A DNA stretch of 28,877 nt. It comes from Gammaproteobacteria bacterium (GTDB taxonomy: Bacteria; Pseudomonadota; Gammaproteobacteria; Pseudomonadales; Azotimanducaceae). The stretch covers positions 1 through 28,877 of the forward strand of contig JAPUFN010000238.1 in NCBI GenBank assembly GCA_027293665.1, written 5' to 3'. The notes under the pieces were generated by a model. That model worked only from the letters and a program-made list of their open reading frames with translations, had not been told where the DNA came from and did no database searches. Every line of letters starts with the position of its first letter. Position 1 is the stretch's first letter. The position numbers were made by a program, and so were the translations under genes. Shown here piece after piece: positions 1-7,769 of this stretch.

Positions 1-680
1 TGAGGTGCAAGCGCCACCGCAGCCTCCTGGCCGTCCTGACCCACCAGCCTCAGGCCTTCTGCGTCCTGGAAGAGCACCAGGCCGTCGAGGTAGCCGACCT
101 CGCAGGCACCGGCAGGTTGACCCAGCAGGCGGTCGCGCAAAAGATATAGCGTCATGTCGTGTGAAACGCAGATGTCGAGCTGCTGCTCGGCAAGCGGCGC
201 GGCGAGCTTTGCTGCCAGAACCTGCAATACCAGCGAGGCGGCAAGCTGCGGGGCAATCATCGCATCATCGGGCACGCTACCTGCGAACCACTGTTCCATA
301 TACGGCACCAGTCCACCGGCCTGATTCATGCCACGCCACATCTTCATCTGATCGAGGACGTAAAACACCCCAAGCGCCTCCAGCGGGCGGTGACGGGTGG
401 CCGGCCCTCCACGGCGGGCATGTTCGAACAGAATCAATTCAGCCGTCTCCATGCAGCGCGCAGGCGGGCTGGCGTAACCGCGCAGCGTGTGCGATTTGGG
501 CAGCCGCTCACCCAGCCGCCGCGCGAGCGCTCTACCCTCATCGGTCAGGGGATTGTCCAGGTCATGTATCTGCGGACGGTACTCCCGGGCGGAATGCCGC
601 AGTAGCACAACCGCGTGGTGGACACCGCGCTCGGTGACGCCTGCAACGAGTTCGACGATGGCATCCCCGCAGGCCGTCAT
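1..680 (-). CDS. Histidine phosphatase (phosphoglycerate mutase-like) family protein, 3' end truncated by window edge
   Basis: Manual translation from ATG 680: MTACGDAIVELVAGVTERGVHHAVVLLRHSAREY...DNPLTDEGRALA...YASPPARCMETA...ICVSHDMTL. It has the RH[G/S] motif, the 'LT..G' and 'SP..RC.ETA' segments and a second His (SHD). The frame is open to base 1. Confidence 0.85.
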   Translation of the reverse strand, partial: MTACGDAIVELVAGVTERGVHHAVVLLRHSAREYRPQIHDLDNPLTDEGRALARRLGERLPKSHTLRGYASPPARCMETAELILFEHARRGGPATRHRPLEALGVFYVLDQMKMWRGMNQAGGLVPYMEQWFAGSVPDDAMIAPQLAASLVLQVLAAKLAAPLAEQQLDICVSHDMTLYLLRDRLLGQPAGACEVGYLDGLVLFQDAEGLRLVGQDGQEAAVALAP

Positions 681-759
681 GCTTGCATCCCGTAGCGTTG
701 CTAATTCGTCTGTATTAGTATCGAAAATTCGCCTTTTTTGCAGGAATTTTTATAAGACC

Positions 760-822
760 CGCCGCAGGCGCTTTATACGCCGCCGCAGGCGCTTTATACG
801 AGCCGCCGCGGGCGCTTTAAGC
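760..822. repeat. Three-copy imperfect tandem repeat (21-23 bp unit, CGCCGCAGGCGCTTTATACG) in a divergent intergenic region
   Basis: 760-780 cgccgcaggcgctttatacgc; 781-803 cgccgcaggcgctttatacgagc; 804-822 cgccgcgggcgctttaagc. Confidence 0.9.
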
Positions 823-861
823 CACGGCTGGGAAGAATGTACAACTACGGAGAACAGACAG

Positions 862-1776
862 ATGGGACGACTAGATGACAAAGTTGCGGTAGTTACCGGC
901 GCAGGTCGCGGCATCGGCCGCGAGATCGCCATGCTTCTGGCAAGCCACGGCGCGAAAATCGTGGTGAACGATCTGGGTGGCAACACCGACGGCACCGGCA
1001 CGGGGAAAATAGCCGACGATGTGGTCGAGGAAATCTGCGCAGCCGGTGGCGAAGCGGTGTCGAATACCGATTCCGTGGCGGAGGTGGCTGGTGGCGAAGC
1101 TCTGCTGCAGACAGCAATCGATGCGTTCGGCAGTCTGGACATACTGATCAACAACGCCGGGATTCTGCGCGACAAAACTATTTTCAATATGGCGGAGTCC
1201 GACTGGGATGCGGTGCTCGCCGTGCACCTGAAGGGTCACTACTGCTGCTCGCGGCCCTTCGCAAAATACATTCGTGAAAATAACCGTACCGGTTGCAGGA
1301 TCATCAACTTCTCGAGCGTTTCGGGCCTCTTCGGCAACTTCGGGCAAGCCAACTATGGCGCCGCCAAAGCCGGCATCGCCGGTTTTTCCCGGGTTCTCGC
1401 CCTGGAGCTCGCTAAATATGGCTGCACCGTGAACACAATTTCTCCCGGCGCACTTACCCGCATGACGATCCCGTTGCGCGAAGGCCGCGGTGAAGAGGTG
1501 GGCGATAGCGAGCTTGAGCAGAGCGGACCGCAACACATCGCGCCGATCGTTGCCTGGCTTGCGACCGAGGCTGCAGCCGGCATCACTTCAGAGATTTTTC
1601 ACACCGGCTACGGCGGCGTTGCCATCATGCAGCAGCCGGCTGTAATCAAGCAGTTCAAAAAAACAGACGGTGTGTGGAGCCTCGATGAACTCGATGCAGT
1701 CGTGCCGCAACTCATAGCGGCGAAGAAGGCGAACGTGGAGGCCGCCAAGGAAGCTGGAGCAGCCGTAGAGATTTGA
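862..1776 (+). CDS. Short-chain dehydrogenase/reductase, MFE-2/HSD17B4-like (3-hydroxyacyl-CoA dehydrogenase type)
   Basis: Motifs TGAGRGIG, 'VVNDLGG..DG.G', NNAGILRD, catalytic S and YGAAK. GGAG lies 9 nt before ATG 862. The N-terminal extension in the ORF track (from 487) overlaps the divergent gene and is rejected. Confidence 0.92.
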   Translation: MGRLDDKVAVVTGAGRGIGREIAMLLASHGAKIVVNDLGGNTDGTGTGKIADDVVEEICAAGGEAVSNTDSVAEVAGGEALLQTAIDAFGSLDILINNAGILRDKTIFNMAESDWDAVLAVHLKGHYCCSRPFAKYIRENNRTGCRIINFSSVSGLFGNFGQANYGAAKAGIAGFSRVLALELAKYGCTVNTISPGALTRMTIPLREGRGEEVGDSELEQSGPQHIAPIVAWLATEAAAGITSEIFHTGYGGVAIMQQPAVIKQFKKTDGVWSLDELDAVVPQLIAAKKANVEAAKEAGAAVEI

Positions 1777-3308
1777 GCGGGGAGGACGACCACCTGAATA
1801 TCGCCATCGTCGGGTCCGGCATCTGCGGGATGTGCTCGGCTATGGCGTTGGCGCGACAGGGTCACACAGTGAGTGTGTATGACCGCGACCCGGCCCCGCC
1901 GGACGGTGACGCAGACGCTGCATTTTTCAACTGGCAGCGCCGCGGTGCGGCCCAGTTCCGGCATCCCCATGCATTTCTCGGCCTGCTGTGCAACATCATC
2001 GAGGAGAACTATCCGGATCTGCTCGAGGCTTTTTACGCCGCTGGCGCACGCCGGGTGGATTTCGCGGAAATGCTGTCAGCCGAGCTCAGGGCCGCCTACG
2101 TTGCCGAACCAGGGGATGCAAAGCTCTGGGTACTCATGTGCCGACGGGCAACGATGGAGACGGTGTTCCGGCGTTACGTTGAGTCGATGGCGAATGTCAG
2201 CATTCACAACGGAGTCCGGGTCACCGGTATGTGCACGCAGGTCGATTCGCAGGGCACTCTCGACGTAACCGGGATCACCATCGAGCAGGCAGGACGCACG
2301 AGTGAACGTACTGCGGACATCGTCGTCGATGCCAGCGGCCGGTTGTCGAAATTTCCCGGTTGGTTCGCAGCACTCGATCGCACGGTGCACGAAGAAAAAG
2401 ACGATGCGGAAATCGTTTACTACACCCGCCACTATCGCCTGCAGCCCGGCTGCGAAGAACCACCGCGTGGCGAGCGCCCGGGGGCGGGTGATCTGGGCTA
2501 TCTGAAGTTCGGCGTGTTTCCAGGCGACAATGGCACCTTCGCGATCATCCTGTGCCTGCCGGTTGCCGAACGCCTCCTGCAGCGTGCAGTGCGTGCAGGC
2601 GCCACCTTCGATCAGATCTGTTTGAGTATCCCGGGACTGGAACCCTGGCTCGTCGACAACCGTAGCTCACCAACCACCGAACCATTCGGCATTGCCGACA
2701 TTCAGTCTGTCTGGCGCCACTATGTGACTGCCGGTGAACCGTTGGCACGCAACTTCTTCGCTGTAGGAGACGCAGCCCTGCGCACCAATCCGCTCTATGG
2801 CCGCGGTTGCAGTACTGGAATTCTGCACGCCCACATCCTGGCGGACGTCATCGCGGAATCGCGCGATCCTGTGAGCCGCGCGCATCGCTTCGATGAGCGC
2901 ACCGAGAAGGAGTTACGGCCGATTTTCAGCGCCAGCCTGCGCGAAGACAGGAATGGTATCGCCCGCTCAGCCGCGGTACTCGAAGGTCGCACACTCGACA
3001 AACCCGACGGCCTGAAAAAATGGTTTCGCCTCGCGTTTGGCGACGCCCTGGGTGCTGCATCACGCGAGCAGCTTCACGTTCTGCGCGGAGCGATGAAATC
3101 CTTCCATCTGCTGGAAAATCCGGGGGCTTTTCTCAAGGATCCGAAGATACGCCGGACGGTGCTGCGCTACATGCTCAAAGGTCGCCGGAGGAATTCAGCG
3201 AAGCGTTTGCAACCCGGACCCGGGCGGGCGGAAATGCACGATCTGCTCGGCCTGTCGGCGGACGCTGCCGTGAGCCCCGACGAATCAGAAATAGTAAACC
3301 CAGCGTAG
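1773..3308 (+). CDS. FAD-dependent oxidoreductase/monooxygenase
   Basis: N-terminal GSGICG Rossmann motif, QFRHPHAF, DIVVDASGR, and GDA...NPLYGRG. The TTG start overlaps the SDR stop (TTGA). Confidence 0.85.
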   Translation: MSGEDDHLNIAIVGSGICGMCSAMALARQGHTVSVYDRDPAPPDGDADAAFFNWQRRGAAQFRHPHAFLGLLCNIIEENYPDLLEAFYAAGARRVDFAEMLSAELRAAYVAEPGDAKLWVLMCRRATMETVFRRYVESMANVSIHNGVRVTGMCTQVDSQGTLDVTGITIEQAGRTSERTADIVVDASGRLSKFPGWFAALDRTVHEEKDDAEIVYYTRHYRLQPGCEEPPRGERPGAGDLGYLKFGVFPGDNGTFAIILCLPVAERLLQRAVRAGATFDQICLSIPGLEPWLVDNRSSPTTEPFGIADIQSVWRHYVTAGEPLARNFFAVGDAALRTNPLYGRGCSTGILHAHILADVIAESRDPVSRAHRFDERTEKELRPIFSASLREDRNGIARSAAVLEGRTLDKPDGLKKWFRLAFGDALGAASREQLHVLRGAMKSFHLLENPGAFLKDPKIRRTVLRYMLKGRRRNSAKRLQPGPGRAEMHDLLGLSADAAVSPDESEIVNPA

Positions 3309-4532
3309 ATAGCCCTGCTTTGCACCACCGCTCGTGACGCCATCACCCAGCAGCGGCACCCCACCGAATTCATCACCCGCGCGCCCGAATGGCACGACCA
3401 CACCGAGCTGGACACGCGAATGATCACCCGGTTCGTAGGTCAATTGCGTCTGCAGCAGACTGCTCGCGTCGTGCAGATTACTGATAACCGTGAGATTCTG
3501 CGTCCACAGCGGATGCCACTGAACACTGCTGCCTGCGGCGACGTAATCCTTCATCAGATTGAAAACCTCACCACGACCCAGCCGGTCCAGCAGTGGCTGG
3601 GGCAGCAGCACGGGACTTGCGGGTAGCTCGCTGACCCCGAAACTGTTGTGAAAGTACTCGAAGTAGACATAGAGGGTTTTTTCGTTAATGGCAAAGCTGT
3701 AATCCAGATTCACGATTCCTGAGATTTTCCAATCGGAGTCATCAGCCAGCCGGGTGGCAATCACATCGGATCGCAGTAACGCACCACCGAGCGGCAAGCG
3801 GGTGGAAAAGCCATACACCTGATCGCGGTAGTGCTTGCCCGCGACGAGATCGAACTCAGTGCTGCCGGTGTAGCCGTGCCATTTCAAAGCGACGCTGTCA
3901 GCCTGCCCCGTGACGTCTCCATCGGCATCGCGCCGCGCCACGGCGAGCAACTGCAGATCGCTGCCGTTGCCGAGGAGCTTTTCGACGAGCAGCAGATCAT
4001 CGCCCGCCTTATAGTCGCGATCGACTGTCGTCGGCGCAAACGGGCTGAACAGATCCATCGGCTGGAACACGATTCCATTACCCCAGCTGACCGCCTGCCG
4101 ACCGAGCGTCAGCCCCCAGTTACCACGCCGATATTCAACCGCCAGACGATCAAATCGTTGTACTACACGATGCCTGTCGCCGTCGCCGATCTCCCACGAC
4201 AGATCCATGAGCCGCATATCGTCATCGCCGGGCGATTGATCCAGCGTGATTCCAGGCGCCGAATTGAAGGCGAAAGAGTCGCCGCCGTTGAGCGTGGTCG
4301 ACAAATCGGCGATCCAGCGGAGCGACCCCGAACTGTGGCGGAACATCAGGCGCAGATCGGTGGTGTAGTCGTAGGCTGGCGTGCCATTGAGCTCGCGCTG
4401 GAAATCGTGGCTCGGTAGCGCAGCACCTGTGGCAAACGCTTTCGTTCGGGCGCTGAATTCCAGTGCCAGCGCGGGCCCGCAAACACAGCATGCTGCCACC
4501 ACGAGCAACGCGCGGACCACACCCGTGTTCAT
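3285..4532 (-). CDS. Uncharacterised exported protein, putative outer-membrane beta-barrel of the ABC/LolA-like operon
   Basis: The start MNTGVVRALLVVAACCVCGPALA is signal-peptide-like and lies 1 nt after the ATPase stop. It has many alternating polar/hydrophobic strands and the C-terminus YLRWVYYF ends in Phe, typical of BAM substrates. Confidence 0.7.
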   Translation of the reverse strand: MNTGVVRALLVVAACCVCGPALALEFSARTKAFATGAALPSHDFQRELNGTPAYDYTTDLRLMFRHSSGSLRWIADLSTTLNGGDSFAFNSAPGITLDQSPGDDDMRLMDLSWEIGDGDRHRVVQRFDRLAVEYRRGNWGLTLGRQAVSWGNGIVFQPMDLFSPFAPTTVDRDYKAGDDLLLVEKLLGNGSDLQLLAVARRDADGDVTGQADSVALKWHGYTGSTEFDLVAGKHYRDQVYGFSTRLPLGGALLRSDVIATRLADDSDWKISGIVNLDYSFAINEKTLYVYFEYFHNSFGVSELPASPVLLPQPLLDRLGRGEVFNLMKDYVAAGSSVQWHPLWTQNLTVISNLHDASSLLQTQLTYEPGDHSRVQLGVVVPFGRAGDEFGGVPLLGDGVTSGGAKQGYLRWVYYF

Positions 4533-4533
4533 G

Positions 4534-5232
4534 TCAGGCAGCCCGGCTGGAGTTGTCCTCGACAATTTCGCCGTCGCGCAGGTTGACCTGCCGTTTGGAA
4601 TAGCCCATGACCATTGGATCGTGGGTAGCGGTAATGATCGTCACACCCTGCCGTTCATTGAGCGTACGCAGCAACTCGAGCAGCTCCTGAGTGGTGCCTG
4701 AATCGAGATTGGCGCTGGGTTCATCGGCGAGCAGCAGTACAGGATTGGTGACGATGGCCCTGGCCACGGCGGCGCGCTGTTGTTGCCCGCCGGACAGTTC
4801 ACCCGGCCTACGCCCGGCCATGCTCGCAAGCCCCAGATCTTTCAGGAGTGAAGATGCGCGCTCGCGGCGCTCGTCAGCCGCCACGCCCTGCAACTGCATG
4901 ATGAATTCAACGTTCTCCTGCGCGGAGAGCACCGGAATCAGGTTATAGGACTGAAAAACGAAGCCCATTTGGTGCAGCCGCAAGTCCGAAAGTTCGCTTT
5001 CACTGAGGTCGTTGAGGGTTACGCCGTCGACTTCCACGGTGCCGCTATCGGGCCTGTCCAGGCCGCCGATGAGATTGAGCAGCGTCGTCTTGCCAGAGCC
5101 CGAAGGTCCGGCGAGACTCACGAACTCGCCACGCTTCACCACGAAATCAACGCCCTGCAGGGCCACTACCGGCACAGCGTTGTCCTGATAGGTTCGCGTT
5201 ACACCGCTGCATCGAACTACTACGTCGCTCAT
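4534..5232 (-). CDS. ABC transporter ATP-binding protein, LolD/MacB-type
   Basis: Walker A GPSGSGKT, Q-loop GFVFQ, signature LSGGQQQR, Walker B LLLADEP, H-loop ATHD. ATGA overlap with the upstream permease. Confidence 0.95.
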   Translation of the reverse strand: MSDVVVRCSGVTRTYQDNAVPVVALQGVDFVVKRGEFVSLAGPSGSGKTTLLNLIGGLDRPDSGTVEVDGVTLNDLSESELSDLRLHQMGFVFQSYNLIPVLSAQENVEFIMQLQGVAADERRERASSLLKDLGLASMAGRRPGELSGGQQQRAAVARAIVTNPVLLLADEPSANLDSGTTQELLELLRTLNERQGVTIITATHDPMVMGYSKRQVNLRDGEIVEDNSSRAA

Positions 5233-6440
5233 CTTCTCAGAGCCTCCAATGGTTTGATTTTTACGGCGCGCCAGGCGGGATAGAGGGCTGCCAGGATGCC
5301 GAATACCAGACTCAAGCCGGCGACCAGAACCATGTCCTCTACCAGCAGCCGTGGTACCAGCAGACTGCGCATACCGGCCAGTTCCACGCCCTCAGCCCAC
5401 TGTGACAGATCGATTCCGTCCTGCAGCCACAGGTAGAAACCCCAGCCCAGCAGCAGTCCGATTGCGATGCCAACCGCCATGATCAACGTCGACTCCAGCA
5501 CGACCTGCGCGATCACGGCTCCCGGCCGCATGCCCACTGCCCGCAACATGCCGAACTCCTGGACACGCTCCATCACCGCGGTGACCAGCGTATTGACGAG
5601 GCCGAATATCAGGGCCCCCATCATGATCAGAAACCAGATGAAGACGGCGGCATCGGCAAAGACGAACATCGCCGCAGCCTGTGGCTCGAGTTCCTGCCAG
5701 TCGAGCACATCCAGGCCGGTGAAGAATTCGACGAATACCTGCTTGATACTGAATTCCTTCGGATGACTGGCAAACTTGATCGACACCTCGGTAACCACGT
5801 CTGCATCCAACATAGCCTGCAGGGCAGTGATGCCGGTGAAGACGAACTGTTTTTCAAGGCCAGTGCCTTCCGCGTCGTAGGTCCCAGCGATACGGAAACC
5901 AGCCTCGCGATTGAGCCCATCCAGGCCCTGGGTGATCAACACCAGCCTGCGACCCACTGCAGTCTCGAGCTGGCGCGCCAACTCTTTGCCGATGACGACC
6001 CGTCGATCTGCAGCTGAGGCCAGCCGCTCTCCCGTGTAGGTCGCGTTGCCGATGAACGAGATATGTTCCTGTGCAGGATCGATGCCCACGAATTGAATAC
6101 CGCGTGTTTCCCGCTCGCTCATGATGACGGCGGGGATCCGGATCCGCGCAGCCCAGCCCTCGAGCTGATCGGCCGGCAGATCCGGTTGCCAGTCGTGCGC
6201 GAGGGCAAAGCTCTTTTCGATGTTGGGATCGTCGAGGTAACCCGGCGCAAGTATCTTCACATGGCCGGTGAGATTGGCGACGGCTGCTTCCTGCATGTCG
6301 TATTGAAATCCCCGGATCAGGCTGTTCATCACCGTCACACCTGCAACGGCAACGCAGATCGCCAGCAGCAACATGATGTTGCGCCGGCGGTGGCGAAACA
6401 GATTGCGTTGACTCAACTGCAGCAACAATTTCAAGGGCAA
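5229..6440 (-). CDS. FtsX/LolE-like ABC permease (type 'A' copy)
   Basis: Motifs RNLFRHRRR, TM1 plus a large periplasmic domain, 'NTLVTAVMERVQEFGMLRAVGM' and 'YPAWRA.K.KPLEALR'. TTG 6440 follows GGAGA by 5 nt; the longer ORF-track start overlaps the previous gene. Confidence 0.9.
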   Translation of the reverse strand: MPLKLLLQLSQRNLFRHRRRNIMLLLAICVAVAGVTVMNSLIRGFQYDMQEAAVANLTGHVKILAPGYLDDPNIEKSFALAHDWQPDLPADQLEGWAARIRIPAVIMSERETRGIQFVGIDPAQEHISFIGNATYTGERLASAADRRVVIGKELARQLETAVGRRLVLITQGLDGLNREAGFRIAGTYDAEGTGLEKQFVFTGITALQAMLDADVVTEVSIKFASHPKEFSIKQVFVEFFTGLDVLDWQELEPQAAAMFVFADAAVFIWFLIMMGALIFGLVNTLVTAVMERVQEFGMLRAVGMRPGAVIAQVVLESTLIMAVGIAIGLLLGWGFYLWLQDGIDLSQWAEGVELAGMRSLLVPRLLVEDMVLVAGLSLVFGILAALYPAWRAVKIKPLEALRR

Positions 6441-6468
6441 CGTATTCTCCTGTTTCCTTAAGCGCGCA

Positions 6469-7755
6469 TTACTCTTTGGCGCGAAGGGCTTCAATGGGGC
6501 GCATGCGACGGATTCGCAGTGCCGGGACGATTGCGGCGATCTGCGTTCCCAACAACATGACAATCGTCGCTGTCCATGCCGCATCCGTGCTGAACTTGGG
6601 ATATATCCGATCGGGCAGGTTGTATTGCTTGAGCATCTCCGCAGCATCGGCGGGCAGCGGCATGCCGGTGCTTGCCAGTATCGCGACCAGCCCGCCACTG
6701 ATCGCCATCCCGAGCAGCACACCCAACGCAGCCAACCAGAACGCCTCGAGCAGCAACTGCAGCATGATCGAGCCCGGCCGCATGCCAATCGCCATCAACA
6801 TGCCGAACTCGGGCGTGCGTTCAAAAATCGTCATCATGAAAGTATTCACAACACTGAACGTGACGATGATCACCAGCATCGCGAAGAAGAACTGCATGCC
6901 GATGTACTTCAGGTCAATTGTCTGTTCGGCTTCCGGCATGAGGTCCCGCCAGTCCTGCGCGATCCAGCCCGTACCTGGGACGCTGGCGGTGCTTTTGAGG
7001 CCGCGGGCAACAACTTCGCTGTCGGCAACTGAATCCGCCAGAACGACGAACATGTGTACTTCATCTGCGGCCAGTTCCCAGCCAGCACGGAAATCTTCGA
7101 GCGGAATCTGCACGAGTGCCCGATCCAGTGCCGCCTGACCGGTCGTGAACGTGCCAACAATCTCGGCGACTGCAGCGGCGACGCCACCTTCTTTCGCCGT
7201 CCCCAGCAACACCATCTCGTCGCCGATTGCGAGGCCCAGATTGCGAGCCAGCACCGAGCCGACAAAAGCCTCTCCGGGTCCCGCAAGGTAGCGACCGGTC
7301 CGTTGCATGTCCGGCAGGGTCGACCAGCTTGCCTCTTTGGCGAAATCCACACCGATCACCTGGGTGCCGAAACTGCGATCCGTACTCGACGCAAGTGCAA
7401 AACTCATGGCCCGTGGCGACGCGACCGCGACTGTGGGTATCGCGGCGAGCAACGATTCGAGCCGGTCTGCGTCGCGAATCGTGTGTTCGAGCGAGGGATT
7501 GTTAGCATATTCCGGATGCTGAATCTGGATATGACCCAACCCGAGCCGGGCACCGTTGTCGATCATGATCTCGAACGTACCCACCTGCATGGACATGCCG
7601 AAAACGAGCATCCAGACCGCAAATGCGATACCACATGCTGTCAGCCAGGTTCGCCGACCATTGCGCCACAGATTGCGCCAGGCGATCGTGGCGACGCTGT
7701 AGGTACCGCCAAACTTGGCGGTTGCCGGAGCTGCTTCGGCGGCGATCTCAGCCAT
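6469..7755 (-). CDS. FtsX/LolE-like ABC permease (type 'B' paralogue 2)
   Basis: Motifs AWRNLWRNGRRTWLT, VTFSVVNTFMMTIFERTPEFGMLMAIGM and PALRIRRMRPIEALR. Confidence 0.92.
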   Translation of the reverse strand: MAEIAAEAAPATAKFGGTYSVATIAWRNLWRNGRRTWLTACGIAFAVWMLVFGMSMQVGTFEIMIDNGARLGLGHIQIQHPEYANNPSLEHTIRDADRLESLLAAIPTVAVASPRAMSFALASSTDRSFGTQVIGVDFAKEASWSTLPDMQRTGRYLAGPGEAFVGSVLARNLGLAIGDEMVLLGTAKEGGVAAAVAEIVGTFTTGQAALDRALVQIPLEDFRAGWELAADEVHMFVVLADSVADSEVVARGLKSTASVPGTGWIAQDWRDLMPEAEQTIDLKYIGMQFFFAMLVIIVTFSVVNTFMMTIFERTPEFGMLMAIGMRPGSIMLQLLLEAFWLAALGVLLGMAISGGLVAILASTGMPLPADAAEMLKQYNLPDRIYPKFSTDAAWTATIVMLLGTQIAAIVPALRIRRMRPIEALRAKE

Positions 7756-7769
7756 CAGATGCTCCCGGG

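Noticed and set aside
5-637. 210-aa plus-strand ORF
   Set aside because: It is antisense to the motif-bearing histidine phosphatase and has low-complexity Arg/Pro/Ala composition.
760-822. CRISPR array or REP element
   Set aside because: The repeats are contiguous with no unique spacers, no cas genes are nearby, and I saw no second copy in the window.
487-861. In-frame N-terminal extension of the SDR reading TRRRRFIRRRRRFIRAAAGAL, which looks like a twin-arginine (Tat) signal or Arg-rich leader
   Set aside because: It is just the translation of the tandem repeat. The available upstream starts overlap the divergent phosphatase gene, the hydrophobic stretch is too short for Tat, and a good GGAG precedes ATG 862.
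6441-6788. Longer start for the permease (519 aa) and similar over-extended starts (18001, 25125, 26522, 26611, 12821)
   Set aside because: The extensions overlap neighbouring genes and are non-homologous in character. Better starts with an RBS or stop/start overlap exist downstream.
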